From the IMG/VR virus record IMGVR_UViG_3300035661_000023, positions 33,346 through 97,345 of that record: a DNA stretch of 64,000 nucleotides; one strand, written 5' to 3'. Of the stretch, positions 35,569 through 46,140 are shown in pieces (positions within the stretch are counted from its first letter, which is position 1; each line of letters begins with the position of its first letter). The translations under genes and the position numbers were made by a program. Origin of the DNA: a virus. Under the pieces are notes generated by a model. That model was not told where the DNA came from. It saw nothing but the letters and a program-made list of their open reading frames with translations, and searched no databases.

Positions 35569-36084
35569 TCAAATCCTTTTCAAAATGAAAATGCCTGAAC
35601 CATATTTTGCCATCATATCGACATCTAGTTGAAAACCTAGAGAAGCTAATTTAGACATGAACAATTTATTGAGCATTAGAACCTTGTAAAAGTCACCTAT
35701 AGCTTTATAACCACCAGAGAATCTCAATCTTGAGACTCCTTCTACCCTTTTGTTTGACATGTCCATGATAACAAAGAGGACCTTACCAAAAAGATCAAAG
35801 AATTTCTGTGTAGGAATTTGTTCAGTCATCGAATAATTTTCTGGTTCGGGATCTGTCGGTCTTCCTTCTATGTGTTTACCAAACCCGACTTCAAACCATC
35901 CAGGTCTTTGTGTCTTAGTTAAAATACACAGAACTTTTTCACCAGCGATATCAAAAGCCCCATACGAACTAGTTGAGTCTTTAGAGAATATATATTCTAT
36001 CGCTCTTGGTGAGATTCCTTCTGTCAGTTCTAAAAAATCTAAAAAGGTATACCGCTGTTCATTCAATGTTATGAACTGAATCAT
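35569..36084 (-). CDS. Hypothetical protein
   Basis: Uninterrupted ORF; TFLDFLELTE capsid-targeting-like segment. Confidence 0.6.
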   Translation of the reverse strand: MIQFITLNEQRYTFLDFLELTEGISPRAIEYIFSKDSTSSYGAFDIAGEKVLCILTKTQRPGWFEVGFGKHIEGRPTDPEPENYSMTEQIPTQKFFDLFGKVLFVIMDMSNKRVEGVSRLRFSGGYKAIGDFYKVLMLNKLFMSKLASLGFQLDVDMMAKYGSGIFILKRI

Positions 36085-36087
36085 GTG

Positions 36088-36558
36088 TCACCTATAGAAA
36101 ATATGGTTTCCGATTTCTGCTGTCTTTATTCTTTCAAATGCTCCAACATCCTTGTTATGGAAAAACAGTGCGCCTTTGGTTGGATCTTTTGTTTCACCAT
36201 TCAATATCTATACAGTCAGTGTATAGACTTCTTCTGTCATGTGTCTTGTTTTTGTTTTGACACATGCCCAAGAGAACTGGCAACTTCTACCGATTCTCTG
36301 GTTTACTACTTCGCAAATGGTAGAAGGAAACCTGTCACTTTTTGTACGATTAAGAACGACGTGAGCGACTGCCAGTTTACCTTTGTGTGATTCACCACGT
36401 GCTTCATAATGTATCGTCTTAGAAAGGCAAATCAGATCTTCCTGGGTCCAAGAAACCCTGGGGAGATCTGTATATTGATCAGTTGGGAGTGGAAGTGCTA
36501 TTAACTATAGCAATAGAATATTAGCGATGCTAATGAGCAAAATCTTTGACTTGGTCAT
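36088..36558 (-). CDS. SleB-like cell wall hydrolase with N-terminal signal/anchor, 156 aa (2 TAG)
   Basis: CLSKTIHYEARGE, AVAHVVLNR, FPSTICEVV, CQFSW, DPTKGALFFH and IGNHIFY; missed by the ORF track. Confidence 0.88.
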
Positions 36559-36857
36559 TTGAGAAAACTGGATGTAAGCAGCTCTTATGAGCTATTGATA
36601 CTCCGATAATCTTATCTCCGGAGTAAGATGGGATTTCCTTCCACGTGGTGTGGATAGAGAAGGAACCGACCGGAAGATCTGGAGAACTTCTGGTATGTTA
36701 CCTCTTGTTGTTTTGGTGCATACTGAGACAGAGATAACTTCTTGATCTTACCCGTCATTCATCAGAGAATGGTCGAAACACCGCGATGTATATGACTACT
36801 GACATCACAAGTACACCGACTATGAAGAAGATTGCTGGGAATAATAGTTCTTGCATT

Positions 36858-37034
36858 TTACCCCCTGATCATCGCTTGAACAAAATATTGAGTAGTGTCT
36901 TGAACAGTCACTGCAACACCACCCAGAGGTTTCCAACCTTCTGAGAAGGAATAATTAACTAATTCAATCAGGTGACTCAAATTATCGGTTATGATCGCAG
37001 TGTATTCCATTTCATTGACTTGTTTCGTTTCCAT
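36858..37034 (-). CDS. DUF1737-like small protein
   Basis: LVN...EGWKPLGGV...FVQAMIR. Confidence 0.65.
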   Translation of the reverse strand: METKQVNEMEYTAIITDNLSHLIELVNYSFSEGWKPLGGVAVTVQDTTQYFVQAMIRG

Positions 37035-37040
37035 GAATAT

Positions 37041-37069
37041 ATTATATCACAGAACCGAATAAAAGTCAA
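37041..37069 (-). promoter_or_regulatory. Phage early/middle promoter; one of at least 11 copies of CTTTTATT-N11-TATAAT
   Basis: TTGACTTTTATTCGGTTCTGTGATATAAT; other copies near 38390, 44133, 44569, 45375, 50790, 51339, 53170, 57848, 58951 and 63233. Confidence 0.8.
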
Positions 37070-37314
37070 TTAGCCTTCAAAGAATTCCATGCGGTCATAA
37101 CAATATCTGGGCCGCCAGTCTTGATCACATCTGTATCAATATCCATCCCAACATAGATACCACAATGCTGTCCAGTTGTATCTGAGCAGTCTACCGATAT
37201 TGTTTGCATTGATCTACCGTATGGCTCGGCAGCAGCTGAGATATAGATAGAAGGTCTAGAACCACAGACCGGACAATCTTGTAGTTTCGCTTCCTCTTTT
37301 TCAAATTCATTCAT
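37066..37314 (-). CDS. Lar-like zinc-binding protein
   Basis: LQDCPVCG...C...C...AWN pattern. Confidence 0.5.
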   Translation of the reverse strand: MNEFEKEEAKLQDCPVCGSRPSIYISAAAEPYGRSMQTISVDCSDTTGQHCGIYVGMDIDTDVIKTGGPDIVMTAWNSLKAN

Positions 37315-37326
37315 AGTGTGTTCACT

Positions 37327-37980
37327 TTACAGATTCACTTTGTTTCTGAGATCAATGTACTTTGGGAGCCAATCCTTTACATTCTCTTCGAATAATAACA
37401 ATCCATCATCTGGGGTGGTGATCACAATAAACAACTTCCCAACTGCCATCCCAGTTCTTTCGTACAGCATTTGCGAGTAACTAGCTGTTTGCATGAAATA
37501 AGAATGAATCTCATCTCGGCTTTTATAACGAGCAGATGTTTTCCAGTCGATCACCTTAAGCACACCTTTGTGTATTGCCACACAATCTACAGTACCAGCA
37601 GATCTAGTCTTATCCGACCACATCTGAGTCTCCAAACAGAACACCTCAGTGATATCATTCAGCACAGTCTTAACCTGATTGAACATCATCACTTCTTCCT
37701 GCTGGAACATGTTGAAGGTCTGCGGTTTGTCCTGCAACCAGTTCTCAATATTCTCGTGAATCAAAGTACCTCTGTCTGTAGCCTTCTTAGAGATCTTTGC
37801 CGCAACTTCTTCTCCAACTCTAGCCTTCCAGGTATCGATGTAAGAGTGATCACTGCCAGCGCTTAGAATCGTTGAGACCGAGGGATAAATGTTACCATCT
37901 GGTGTTCTATAGGTACGACCATTAGGTGAATCTATACGAGTGATAGGAGGTATGTTAACTAGAGACAGTTTTGGTTTCAT
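37327..37980 (-). CDS. PD-(D/E)XK Cas4-like exonuclease
   Basis: YPSVSTIL, RGTLIH, AGTVDC, IDWKTS and YFMQ..SY. Confidence 0.88.
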   Translation of the reverse strand: MKPKLSLVNIPPITRIDSPNGRTYRTPDGNIYPSVSTILSAGSDHSYIDTWKARVGEEVAAKISKKATDRGTLIHENIENWLQDKPQTFNMFQQEEVMMFNQVKTVLNDITEVFCLETQMWSDKTRSAGTVDCVAIHKGVLKVIDWKTSARYKSRDEIHSYFMQTASYSQMLYERTGMAVGKLFIVITTPDDGLLLFEENVKDWLPKYIDLRNKVNL

Positions 37981-38297
37981 AGCCCGTGCACTTGATTAAA
38001 GTCAGATAGTTCCTGAAGAGCCAATTCACTCTCTAGTAGTCTGATTTGTTCTTCTAATTCTATGATAGTAACATTTCGGCAGTCGATTGTATCGTACTTA
38101 GTCCGCGGATCAATCTCAAGCCTCTTCTCGAGTTTTTCAATTTGGTCCGTAGCTTCTTCTAAAGAGGCGGACCGAATGAGCTCCGCAAATTTTCTCAGTA
38201 ATATCTTATCTACAAAGATACAGCTACCTTCTACTTCTGGGGTTACCGAGTGTAACCCAACAGAAGCTGCTAGTTGATTTAATTCAGTGTTAGTCAT
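37977..38297 (-). CDS. Hypothetical protein
   Basis: Uninterrupted ORF coupled to its neighbours. Confidence 0.55.
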   Translation of the reverse strand: MTNTELNQLAASVGLHSVTPEVEGSCIFVDKILLRKFAELIRSASLEEATDQIEKLEKRLEIDPRTKYDTIDCRNVTIIELEEQIRLLESELALQELSDFNQVHGL

Positions 38298-38415
38298 TCC
38301 ATCATCTTGTAAATTGCTGCATCAAGTTCTTCTTCACAGAAGGTATCAATGACAGTGAGAATTTGCGGTATTAATCCGTATATGAGTGTATTATACCGCA
38401 ACAAGGAGTAAAAGC

Positions 38416-39018
38416 TTAACTCAGTACAGACAAAGCTCTCTCATATCGCATAACTCGATCTTCCATCCCGTTTGTACCGCCATTTACTCTTTTCTAGATA
38501 GTTGCTACATCATTCAGAAGGTGAAGCTTGTTAGTGTTCCAGAACCAGAGAGCTGACATCATTGATGTTTTAGGATCATCAGCTAATAGTTCTGGTCTGT
38601 CTAATAATACATTTTCATCGGAATAGAGAAATCCTGAACAGGCTTTATAAGAATCCTTTCCTGTAATTTGTAGAATTCCTCTTCCGCGGAATTTCCATCC
38701 ATCACCCTATGATGTATCCCCATTGCCCATGCGGTTGGCATACACTACGTTAGCGATGTCTTCTGGCTTACGAGCTAGTGCAGCGGCTGTAAGATTATCG
38801 AAGTACTTCGGGAAGATCTTTACCAGACTATCAGCAGAATAATTAAGATTCTCTTCCAAGAATTTCATATCAGCTGATTCATGACCAATCTGTGCACAGA
38901 ATTGTGCCACTTGGTCTGTAGTAGTAATAGAGAAATCCTGAAGTAGATCCATTTGTGGGACCCAAACTTCAGGATTTTTGCATGCTGGAAATATTTGTGT
39001 AAATTGTTCTAAGTTCAT
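38416..39018 (-). CDS. Glycoside hydrolase family 19 endolysin, 200 aa (2 TAG)
   Basis: [42 protein letters not shown], WFW and *KRVNGG; late promoter upstream. Confidence 0.92.
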
Positions 39019-39139
39019 GATAGCTCCTTTTAGCACATAGTGCAGTAGGAACTATTTATCTTATACGAACAATCAAAGGAATACATTATCGAATATCGGG
39101 GATGGGTTGGTCTATGCATAGTCAAACACCCACAGATAA

Positions 39140-39934
39140 TTAGTTGGAAGGTAAAAATCCTTTATTTTCACATGCCACAATAAAGTCTCGTACCAATGAA
39201 GATCTAACAATATCAGCTGGTGTAAAAATTACTTCTTGGTATGCTTTCATAGTACGAGCAACCTCGAGAAATTTCCCAAGACCAGATACATCATTTTTGC
39301 TTTTGATAAGATCATCTTGAAATTTATCTCCGCAGAAAATGATTTTTGATCGATGACCGACTCGAGTCAGCACAGTAGAAAGTTCATGCCAAGTTTGTGA
39401 TTGACATTCATCAACGATAATAATTGCATCATCGACCTAGATGCCGCGAATCGCTGTAGTAGAAATAAACCTAATATACCCCTGCTCTTTTAGACGCTCG
39501 TATGCATCCTATCTACCAAATAAAGTAGAACAGATCTCACGATAAGGCATTTCAAAGATTTCTTGTTTTGCCTCTAAATCTCCAGGCAAAAAACCCTGAT
39601 CTCTGGTCTGTACAGTCGATCTCACCACAACCACTTCTTTGAACGGATTGTCTTTTTCCAAGACTTCCTCAATAGCTTTGTACATTGCGCAAAAGCTCTT
39701 TCCAGTACCCGGACTGCCAAGCAGGAAATTGAAGTACCCACCGCCCTTATACATCTCAAAGAACTTCTCTTGATTCTCAGTTAGAGCAGAGAAGGTTTGC
39801 AGGTGATCCAACTTGATCTTCAGAGCATTCTATACTCTAGGTTGATGTGTGTGTTGATGTACTTCCTGTTCTAAATATTCATCTCGTTTAGTAGATGAAT
39901 TACTAATGCCTGCGGTTTTTCTGTTGCTAGCCAT
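39140..39934 (-). CDS. phoH: PhoH-like protein, 264 aa (3 TAG)
   Basis: GSPGTGKS, GFLPG, IRGI*VDDAIIIVDECQ, TRVG, IIFCGD and DIVRS. Confidence 0.92.
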
Positions 39935-40001
39935 TTGATTCCTTTTCGTAGAAACATTCAATTGAACACTACTAATTTATTATACCGGAATCTTGGTGAT
40001 C

Positions 40002-40250
40002 TCATCGCTCGTTAATAGGTGCCCTAGGATATGTCTTTTGAATTTTCTTGACTACTTCACCAAAGCCAGATCGAGCATCGGTATTCATAAATCGAGTACC
40101 CTCCATAGACACTGCTGGAGCTGACAACATCCAAACACCATCTGTTGCACCACATTCTGGACACTCGAATGTGTTATCTTTCTCAACAAATTTGCATACT
40201 ACTTCGAACAAGGTATCACATTCGGCGCATTTTCTGTCATATGTTGGCAT
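40002..40250 (-). CDS. FmdB-like zinc ribbon protein
   Basis: MPTYDRKCAEC...CPECG. Confidence 0.8.
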   Translation of the reverse strand: MPTYDRKCAECDTLFEVVCKFVEKDNTFECPECGATDGVWMLSAPAVSMEGTRFMNTDARSGFGEVVKKIQKTYPRAPINER

Positions 40251-40254
40251 TAAT

Positions 40255-40530
40255 TCAATCCTTTGTTAGTTCTAAGACTTCAGTCTTTTTCATATTTAAG
40301 CTTTCCTTCGGAAGTTTCTTAAGCCATGAAACAGCAAAATCTGCAAATTTGCCTTTATTCCCATATTCTGTGATCAGATTTACTCCACTACAGCGCCAGA
40401 TCCTACCGAACTCTGAGTGGTCACCTCGAAGACAGTCTACGATTACTTCCTTGCCGATATTCAGCCCATCATTACCAAAGACACCTGATACAACTAAACA
40501 CCGATCACCTGCTTTAATAGGTTCGCTCAT
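40255..40530 (-). CDS. Hypothetical protein
   Basis: Uninterrupted ORF. Confidence 0.55.
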   Translation of the reverse strand: MSEPIKAGDRCLVVSGVFGNDGLNIGKEVIVDCLRGDHSEFGRIWRCSGVNLITEYGNKGKFADFAVSWLKKLPKESLNMKKTEVLELTKD

Positions 40531-40542
40531 AGTACTTATGTT

Positions 40543-40933
40543 TCAATCTAATAGTCCTTTACAATCGAACTTCGTCACTTTGCTGCAGTGGTAGGAATAT
40601 TCCTTGCACAGAGCAACAAGCATTTCTGCGAGTTATTTGTAATTTTCTGAGCTGGCACGGCAACAGTCTGCCTATGGGTGATTTCTGTGAGTTGCTTTGT
40701 AGAGAGTAGAATCGCGGGAATCATTGAGCCTCCATTTAGTATATTTACGACCAGTAGAAGATTTCCAACAGTCTCAACTCCATCAGTTAGATGATGTGCA
40801 ACTGATGTGCAACTGATGTGCAACTGATGTGCAACTGATGTGCAACTGATGTGCAACTGATGTGCAACTGATGTGCAACTGATGTGCAACTGATGTGCAG
40901 ATTTTTACATTATGACTAATGCAAAATATTCAT
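40543..40933 (-). pseudogene. Decayed pyrimidine-dimer DNA glycosylase (DenV-like) gene
   Basis: MNI start, AH.L.DG and LYKATHRNHP*A..CR.S..NY..L..M..ALCKEY; frameshifts, a TAA at the expected Trp and a tandem repeat insertion. Confidence 0.75.
40792..40899. repeat. Perfect 11-bp tandem repeat (TGATGTGCAAC) x ~9.8
   Basis: Read directly from the sequence. Confidence 0.97.
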
Positions 40934-41116
40934 TTCATCTGAAAGTCTGATTGTGACACAAGCCCTAGTGGGATAAATCTGTCGATGTATTCCTGTAATG
41001 AATCTGGCACAGGAAGATCTGTATCGGCAAAATGTGTGTATGAATGTCTTTTATATTCCTCTGAAGGTATGAATTCAAAACAGTGAACACATTGGTATTT
41101 TACCACATTTCTAGCA

Positions 41117-41659
41117 TCAATTCCCAGATAGTTCATTTAAAATTTTCTCCAATTTTGTCAGTGTATCTGCTGCAGCCACGTGATGGACGATATGACCTCC
41201 ATGCTTAGCAAAATTTTCAACCACTGCTAATGTGTCATCGATAAGAATATCATAACAGTTCTTATCGATGACATCTGCTTTCTTATATCCATTCTGCGTA
41301 ATATGAGCAGTAAGATGATCAAGTTCACGATGCTTCAGCCAAAGCAATTTCTGTGGCTTCACATCATTATAACGTGCCTTACCACCAGCAGAAGTACAGA
41401 TTTCTAGTTTGTCAATCCTACCAGAATTCAGAAGATGAAAAAGATAGTTGATCAACTCTATGGCATCGGGCATTAATGGAGCATCAACGAAAGCTTGAGC
41501 ATCGACAAATTTGTTCCAATTAGCTTCCTTTTCTGGGGTAGCAGTTTGCCCTGGGACATAAACTTGGTGTGGTGTAACACCAATAATCTTTTTATACTGT
41601 GCGACAAAATCTACCAAGACACCATCCATGTCACACAGGACCCTAATTTGTTTTTTCAT
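41117..41659 (-). CDS. HAD-family 5'(3')-deoxyribonucleotidase
   Basis: DMDGVLVDF, K..WL and ILIDD. Confidence 0.85.
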   Translation of the reverse strand: MKKQIRVLCDMDGVLVDFVAQYKKIIGVTPHQVYVPGQTATPEKEANWNKFVDAQAFVDAPLMPDAIELINYLFHLLNSGRIDKLEICTSAGGKARYNDVKPQKLLWLKHRELDHLTAHITQNGYKKADVIDKNCYDILIDDTLAVVENFAKHGGHIVHHVAAADTLTKLEKILNELSGN

Positions 41660-41961
41660 TCAAAGTCTTCAACTGTAATATTTGACCATCTGCGAAGTTT
41701 GTCTTTCTTCCGCTTTGCCGACGCTGCCAGCCCTTCTTCAGTTAGGTATCCAGCGTTCGTCAACATATCAATGATGGCAAGTGCATCACCAATTTCTTCT
41801 TCAAGATGTGCAAGATTTGTAACATCTGGTTTCTCGGGGTGAGCAGAGTACAGACCAAAGCGGTTGATCTTAGAAATGACTTGAATGACTTCGGCTGCTT
41901 CTTCACTCAGAATATTGAACAGTTCTGATACTTGTTTTGGGTCCGGAATTCGTTTACTCAT
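41656..41961 (-). CDS. MazG-like NTP pyrophosphohydrolase
   Basis: ILSEEAAEVIQ...KINRFG...LEEEIGD. Confidence 0.75.
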   Translation of the reverse strand: MSKRIPDPKQVSELFNILSEEAAEVIQVISKINRFGLYSAHPEKPDVTNLAHLEEEIGDALAIIDMLTNAGYLTEEGLAASAKRKKDKLRRWSNITVEDFE

Positions 41962-42049
41962 TATTTCTCTACACAAAATTAATATGTTTAGTTGTCATGT
42001 TGATGTCATAATACACACAATCTTTAGTCATGCATTATTTCATAATATT

Positions 42050-42460
42050 TCATTCCATAACGGATTCCGGGAAGTAACCAACTCGAACTAGCTCTTGCAA
42101 TGTAATATTCTCATAGAGTGTCGGCAGTGTCTGATCTTTCATATGCAGAAAAATTAGTGCTTCCTTCTTTGTCACATTCTCGAGTGCATCGATAAACATA
42201 ACTTCCCGCTTGAGGTCATGAAGATCCGGTCGACGCAGGGTGTCCAACTTCTTAAGAAATTGCCAAACGATGCCCTTGGTCTGGACATCAGACTCAATAT
42301 TGCATGGGGTATAAGGTGCAGGACCTTCTGGGAGAGGGAGACGATGAGTCTTAAGATATGCCGTCTCCATGAATTTCCGGAAATAGTTGTTTCCTGTGTG
42401 TTGATGAATCTTGTTGATATCGGAATTGATCTCGTCGAGAATAAAGTCTAATGTGTCCAT
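42050..42460 (-). CDS. Conserved T4-like hypothetical protein
   Basis: LPEGPAPY...KREVMFIDALE...EA. Confidence 0.65.
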   Translation of the reverse strand: MDTLDFILDEINSDINKIHQHTGNNYFRKFMETAYLKTHRLPLPEGPAPYTPCNIESDVQTKGIVWQFLKKLDTLRRPDLHDLKREVMFIDALENVTKKEALIFLHMKDQTLPTLYENITLQELVRVGYFPESVME

Positions 42461-42554
42461 ATTATGTTACCTTGTGTTTGCTCATAGCATTGATAATAGC
42501 CATGGAGAGTTCTTTGAATGACCAATAGTCATGAACTAATTTAATCTGCTTCGG

Positions 42555-43451
42555 TTATACTTTGAATTCATGCACGCGTTCCAGCAATTGTTTGGCTCGA
42601 ACTGACATCAAGAAGTTCATAATACCATTTAGATCTTTTGCCGGTTTGGAATTTTCATATGCCGAAATAATATCAGACTTTACATCTTCTGGGATACACC
42701 CTAGATCGATCAAAGTCTTGTTGCGGATGTATCTATCAGTCTCTTCTTTCGTAAGTCCTACACCAGCTTTAAATCGCTCTAGTACATTCTTAGTCACAGG
42801 CTTTGCCCGGGCATCATTGAACTCGGTGTTAGTAAACCAATCATCTGAGCATAGGACAGACGGAACACCATCCGATTTATCTCCGCGAATAATCTTATCA
42901 ATCAGGAAGTCTTTTTCTGGTGGAGCAACGAATTTTTTCTGCATAGGAGACCATTGCCGAACATATTTCCCCTGCTTCTGTTTCATGTCACCATCGGAAG
43001 AAATCAACAACACTGGCTCGATATCTTCAAACAGCCCATCCTGTGTAGTGTTATTTTCCAAACAGTAGTCAGTCAGCACTGACATAATATCATCACCCTC
43101 AGCTGCAGGGATCAAAATTACCTTCCATGGGAAATAGTCAATCAACTCTTGACGCATATCCGCCAAGTGAGTAAAGATTGCATTCCAATCAAGTTCAGAT
43201 TCCTCACGACCTTTTTTACGAGAAGCCTTATAGGCAGGGAAGTACTTTTTACGCCAGTACTCGCGGCCGTCACAAGCGATGACAATTTCACCATACTTTT
43301 TGCCATACTCGCGTTTATAAACCAAAAGAGAAGATAGAAGGGTATGGCGCAAGATACCCTTCATCTTCTCCGGATCGGCACCCTTTTTGAAATCATCGGC
43401 AAAAACAAAAACACTTGCCAACAGTACCTGAGAGTAGTCTACAATAATCAA
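42555..43451 (-). CDS. rnh: T4 RNase H (5'-3' exonuclease)
   Basis: IACD...YWRK..FPAYKASR, AEGDDI, ISSDGD, RGDKSDGVP and RNKTLID. Confidence 0.92.
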   Translation of the reverse strand: MIIVDYSQVLLASVFVFADDFKKGADPEKMKGILRHTLLSSLLVYKREYGKKYGEIVIACDGREYWRKKYFPAYKASRKKGREESELDWNAIFTHLADMRQELIDYFPWKVILIPAAEGDDIMSVLTDYCLENNTTQDGLFEDIEPVLLISSDGDMKQKQGKYVRQWSPMQKKFVAPPEKDFLIDKIIRGDKSDGVPSVLCSDDWFTNTEFNDARAKPVTKNVLERFKAGVGLTKEETDRYIRNKTLIDLGCIPEDVKSDIISAYENSKPAKDLNGIMNFLMSVRAKQLLERVHEFKV

Positions 43452-43460
43452 GACAGTTCC

Positions 43461-44144
43461 TTAAAATTTCAAAACGAAGTCAATGGTATCACCGGACAGG
43501 GTGGTTGGTGTACGATCAGTTTTATTACCAGAGTCAATGAATGTCATGACTTCAGACTTTGACATGTCCTTCAATGACAACAGATCATCATTCTTTGACA
43601 TGCGTACTTGATAAATCTCATCTGCGATAACTTTATTTCCGGTAACTTTTACATTACCATCAAACACACGAACAGCTTTATACTTGTCGCAGATGGCAAA
43701 TACTGTAGTAAAAGATTCTGTCACTTTTACTACAACATCTTTAACACGAATCACACCGTCCCTAGAACCAAGAGCTTTACGAGTCTTGGTTGGAACTTTC
43801 TCCATAATTGTGTGATACATCGTCAGCATTTCGCGCTGTTGTGCTTTTGTCAGATTTGAATAACCTTCAATCAGCTGTTCATCTGCATCGATGACAACCA
43901 ATTCCAACTCATCCACTTTACGTTGGATTTTTGTTTGGATAGAAATCATGTCAGCACCCCGAAGATGTGACTGAGAAATCATTTGTTCCATGTTGACCTT
44001 AGCACCTTTGGTGCAGAAGTCATCAATAGCACCATCAAAGGCTGATAGGAATTTTGCAGCAGCTGGGGAGAGTGTAGTCACATCAGTAGTCATGATAAAG
44101 TTCATTGAATGAGAAGTATTGCCGATGAATGTATTATACAACAA
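43461..44144 (-). CDS. Hypothetical protein (start probably near 44093-44105)
   Basis: DEQLIEGYSNL motif; a promoter lies inside the first codons of the ORF-track call. Confidence 0.55.
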   Translation of the reverse strand: MLYNTFIGNTSHSMNFIMTTDVTTLSPAAAKFLSAFDGAIDDFCTKGAKVNMEQMISQSHLRGADMISIQTKIQRKVDELELVVIDADEQLIEGYSNLTKAQQREMLTMYHTIMEKVPTKTRKALGSRDGVIRVKDVVVKVTESFTTVFAICDKYKAVRVFDGNVKVTGNKVIADEIYQVRMSKNDDLLSLKDMSKSEVMTFIDSGNKTDRTPTTLSGDTIDFVLKF

Positions 44145-44328
44145 GTTTCAATTAAAGTCGAACTCTTTTTCATTAGCCATTGAAATAAGTTCTGTGTACA
44201 TGCTCATCAAGAAAGAACGATCAACCCATTCTTCTTGGGAGAGGTGCCTAGGTCTGGCACCATGAACATCTTTGTACAATTCCCACACTGCAACTTGCAG
44301 ATCATCAGTAGTCATAGAACCACACATG

Positions 44329-44550
44329 TCAGATTGACTTCAAAATGCCAAGCACATAAACTATGAGTAAGCCGGAATTTACTACAATGAGTGAATTCTC
44401 TTTGATCCGAACTGCAAAAATTAGCCAGAGTATAGAACCGAGATTGAATGCAATCACATTCCATGGGTAGTAATTCAAACTAGTAAGGACTGCACCGAGA
44501 ATTGTCACTACCGTGGCAGACCACTTGAGAAAATCATTCATTTTGTTCAT
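44329..44550 (-). CDS. Small three-TM membrane protein
   Basis: LKWSAT...YPWN...W...SLIVVN. Confidence 0.65.
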   Translation of the reverse strand: MNKMNDFLKWSATVVTILGAVLTSLNYYPWNVIAFNLGSILWLIFAVRIKENSLIVVNSGLLIVYVLGILKSI

Positions 44551-45494
44551 TGTGTAGCCTTTAGATGTATTATACATCAAGAACAAATAAAAGCTCATAT
44601 CATATGCCGAAATTTGTTGAGAAGAAAACATTTGACATCGTACATGCTCTTGAACCTATCCCTCCCGATTCTAATAAAGCTAGGGCTGTAGATATCAATA
44701 TTGAGATCGGCATCAGTTAGGTGAAATGTGCGCACCAAACCTTTGACTGTCTTCTCTGAATTATAAACAAAAGGTACCCCGATACAGAACAATGTATCTT
44801 GCATCTCGTGCTTAAGTTCTGGTGGATTGTAACTCATGATATCGCTTGAAGAAAGTCAGCTGAATTGTGTAACGACCGCTTGAGTGACCGAAGAATGAAT
44901 AGCCCTCTGCTTCTGGGAATTCAACCCACGTGTCAAGATCTGGATCAACACTATCATCAAGATGAAGACTGTACTCGTTTGCATTAATGAGTACAGAATT
45001 ACCACTTGATATATTGACAGAACAATACTTTGATTGCAAGTCAACTTCGATTAGAATTACTTGATCGGTCTTATATACAACCCAAGCAGAGTTGATAACA
45101 GGTGCACCTGGTTGTATGATCTTAATTTCGGTTTCATGATAATCGGTGATATCACTCATTTTACTTCTTTCAAAAATTCCATACCTATGATGACATCATC
45201 AATAGCTTCTTCCAGAACAGAAGAAATAGATCGTTTCAGTATGTTAGTCATGCCAAAGCCATAAACAACCTCAGCTATGTACAAACATCTATTATTTTGC
45301 TTGATGAGTTTAGTAAAAAGCTTGATGTACTTGTAGTCATCAGAGGTAATATTTTCAATTTTGATCATGATGGTATTATACCACAAGTCTGAATTTAAGC
45401 TCTTCCTTTCATGAGGGTATTTTCAACTATTTTCTATCACTTTCAAAAAAGTTTTTCATATGATTAAAAATTGTGTATTTTTCTCGCTCAAATG

Positions 45495-45502
45495 TATAAA
45501 TA
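45495..45502 (+). promoter_or_regulatory. T4 late promoter TATAAATA on the plus strand, facing a non-coding region
   Basis: Exact consensus; opposite to all neighbouring genes. Confidence 0.55.
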
Positions 45503-45509
45503 AGAAAGT

Positions 45510-46140
45510 GATATGATAGTAACACTTCTCTGTCACTTTAGACCAAGTCCTAGTCTCGTGTTAAAGTAGGGATACAGTTTAACTTTCTTAGTTTCGACGT
45601 TCTGGTTGTAGAAATACATTAAAAACATAGAGTGACACTCTTTCGATGAATAGAAACTAAGCCCACCTGGGTATGAAGCACAAGCAGCAGGTTTCTTTAG
45701 TCTCCTACTAGAGAATATAAACGGCTCCCTATAAGGGTCAAAACAATAACAGTTAAAGCTACACGTCGATAGTAGTTGTGGATCTGTTCCCTCTGATGAG
45801 GGATGAAAATCAGCCGATAATTGGGTCACTATAGGGATGCGCGATTAGTACACAAAGTATGGAAAACCGCAAAAAGTTCTTCTAGAACTGAAGTAAGGTC
45901 AAAGAGTAGTTCATTTTAATTACTCCATATTTGACCTTACTGCTTGTGCTATGGTTAAATCACTTTAGGAATTGTTCGAGCTCTGGGGTTTGTAGCCAGG
46001 GTGGTTTTCTCACTTTTCCTGATGGCAGTATGAATTTCATCAACAAGATGGGACTTTATGTCATACTCCACTAATATCTAATCCTACTGAAATACCTTGG
46101 CCAAGGTGAAACCGCAATGTCTACTGGTGGTCTAGTTCTC
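45510..46140. ncRNA. Candidate structured non-coding RNA
   Basis: No credible CDS even with TAG read-through; several stems, e.g. 45892-45941; lies between convergent promoters. Confidence 0.35.

Noticed and set aside
37327-37980. Cas4 as evidence of a CRISPR-Cas system
   Set aside because: Standalone Cas4-like exonucleases are common in T4-like phages; no array or other cas genes are present.
40792-40899. CRISPR array, or the 104-aa HISCTSVAHQL repeat ORF (40575-40889)
   Set aside because: Contiguous 11-mers with no spacers; the ORF is a by-product of the repeat inside a pseudogene.
45533-45829. 98-aa minus-strand ORF in the non-coding region
   Set aside because: No clear SD, no motifs and atypical composition; it overlaps predicted RNA stems.
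45785-45840. Hammerhead ribozyme suggested by CTGATGAG...GAAA
   Set aside because: I could not build stems II and III with a correctly placed GAAA core; CTGATGAG sits within a simple hairpin.
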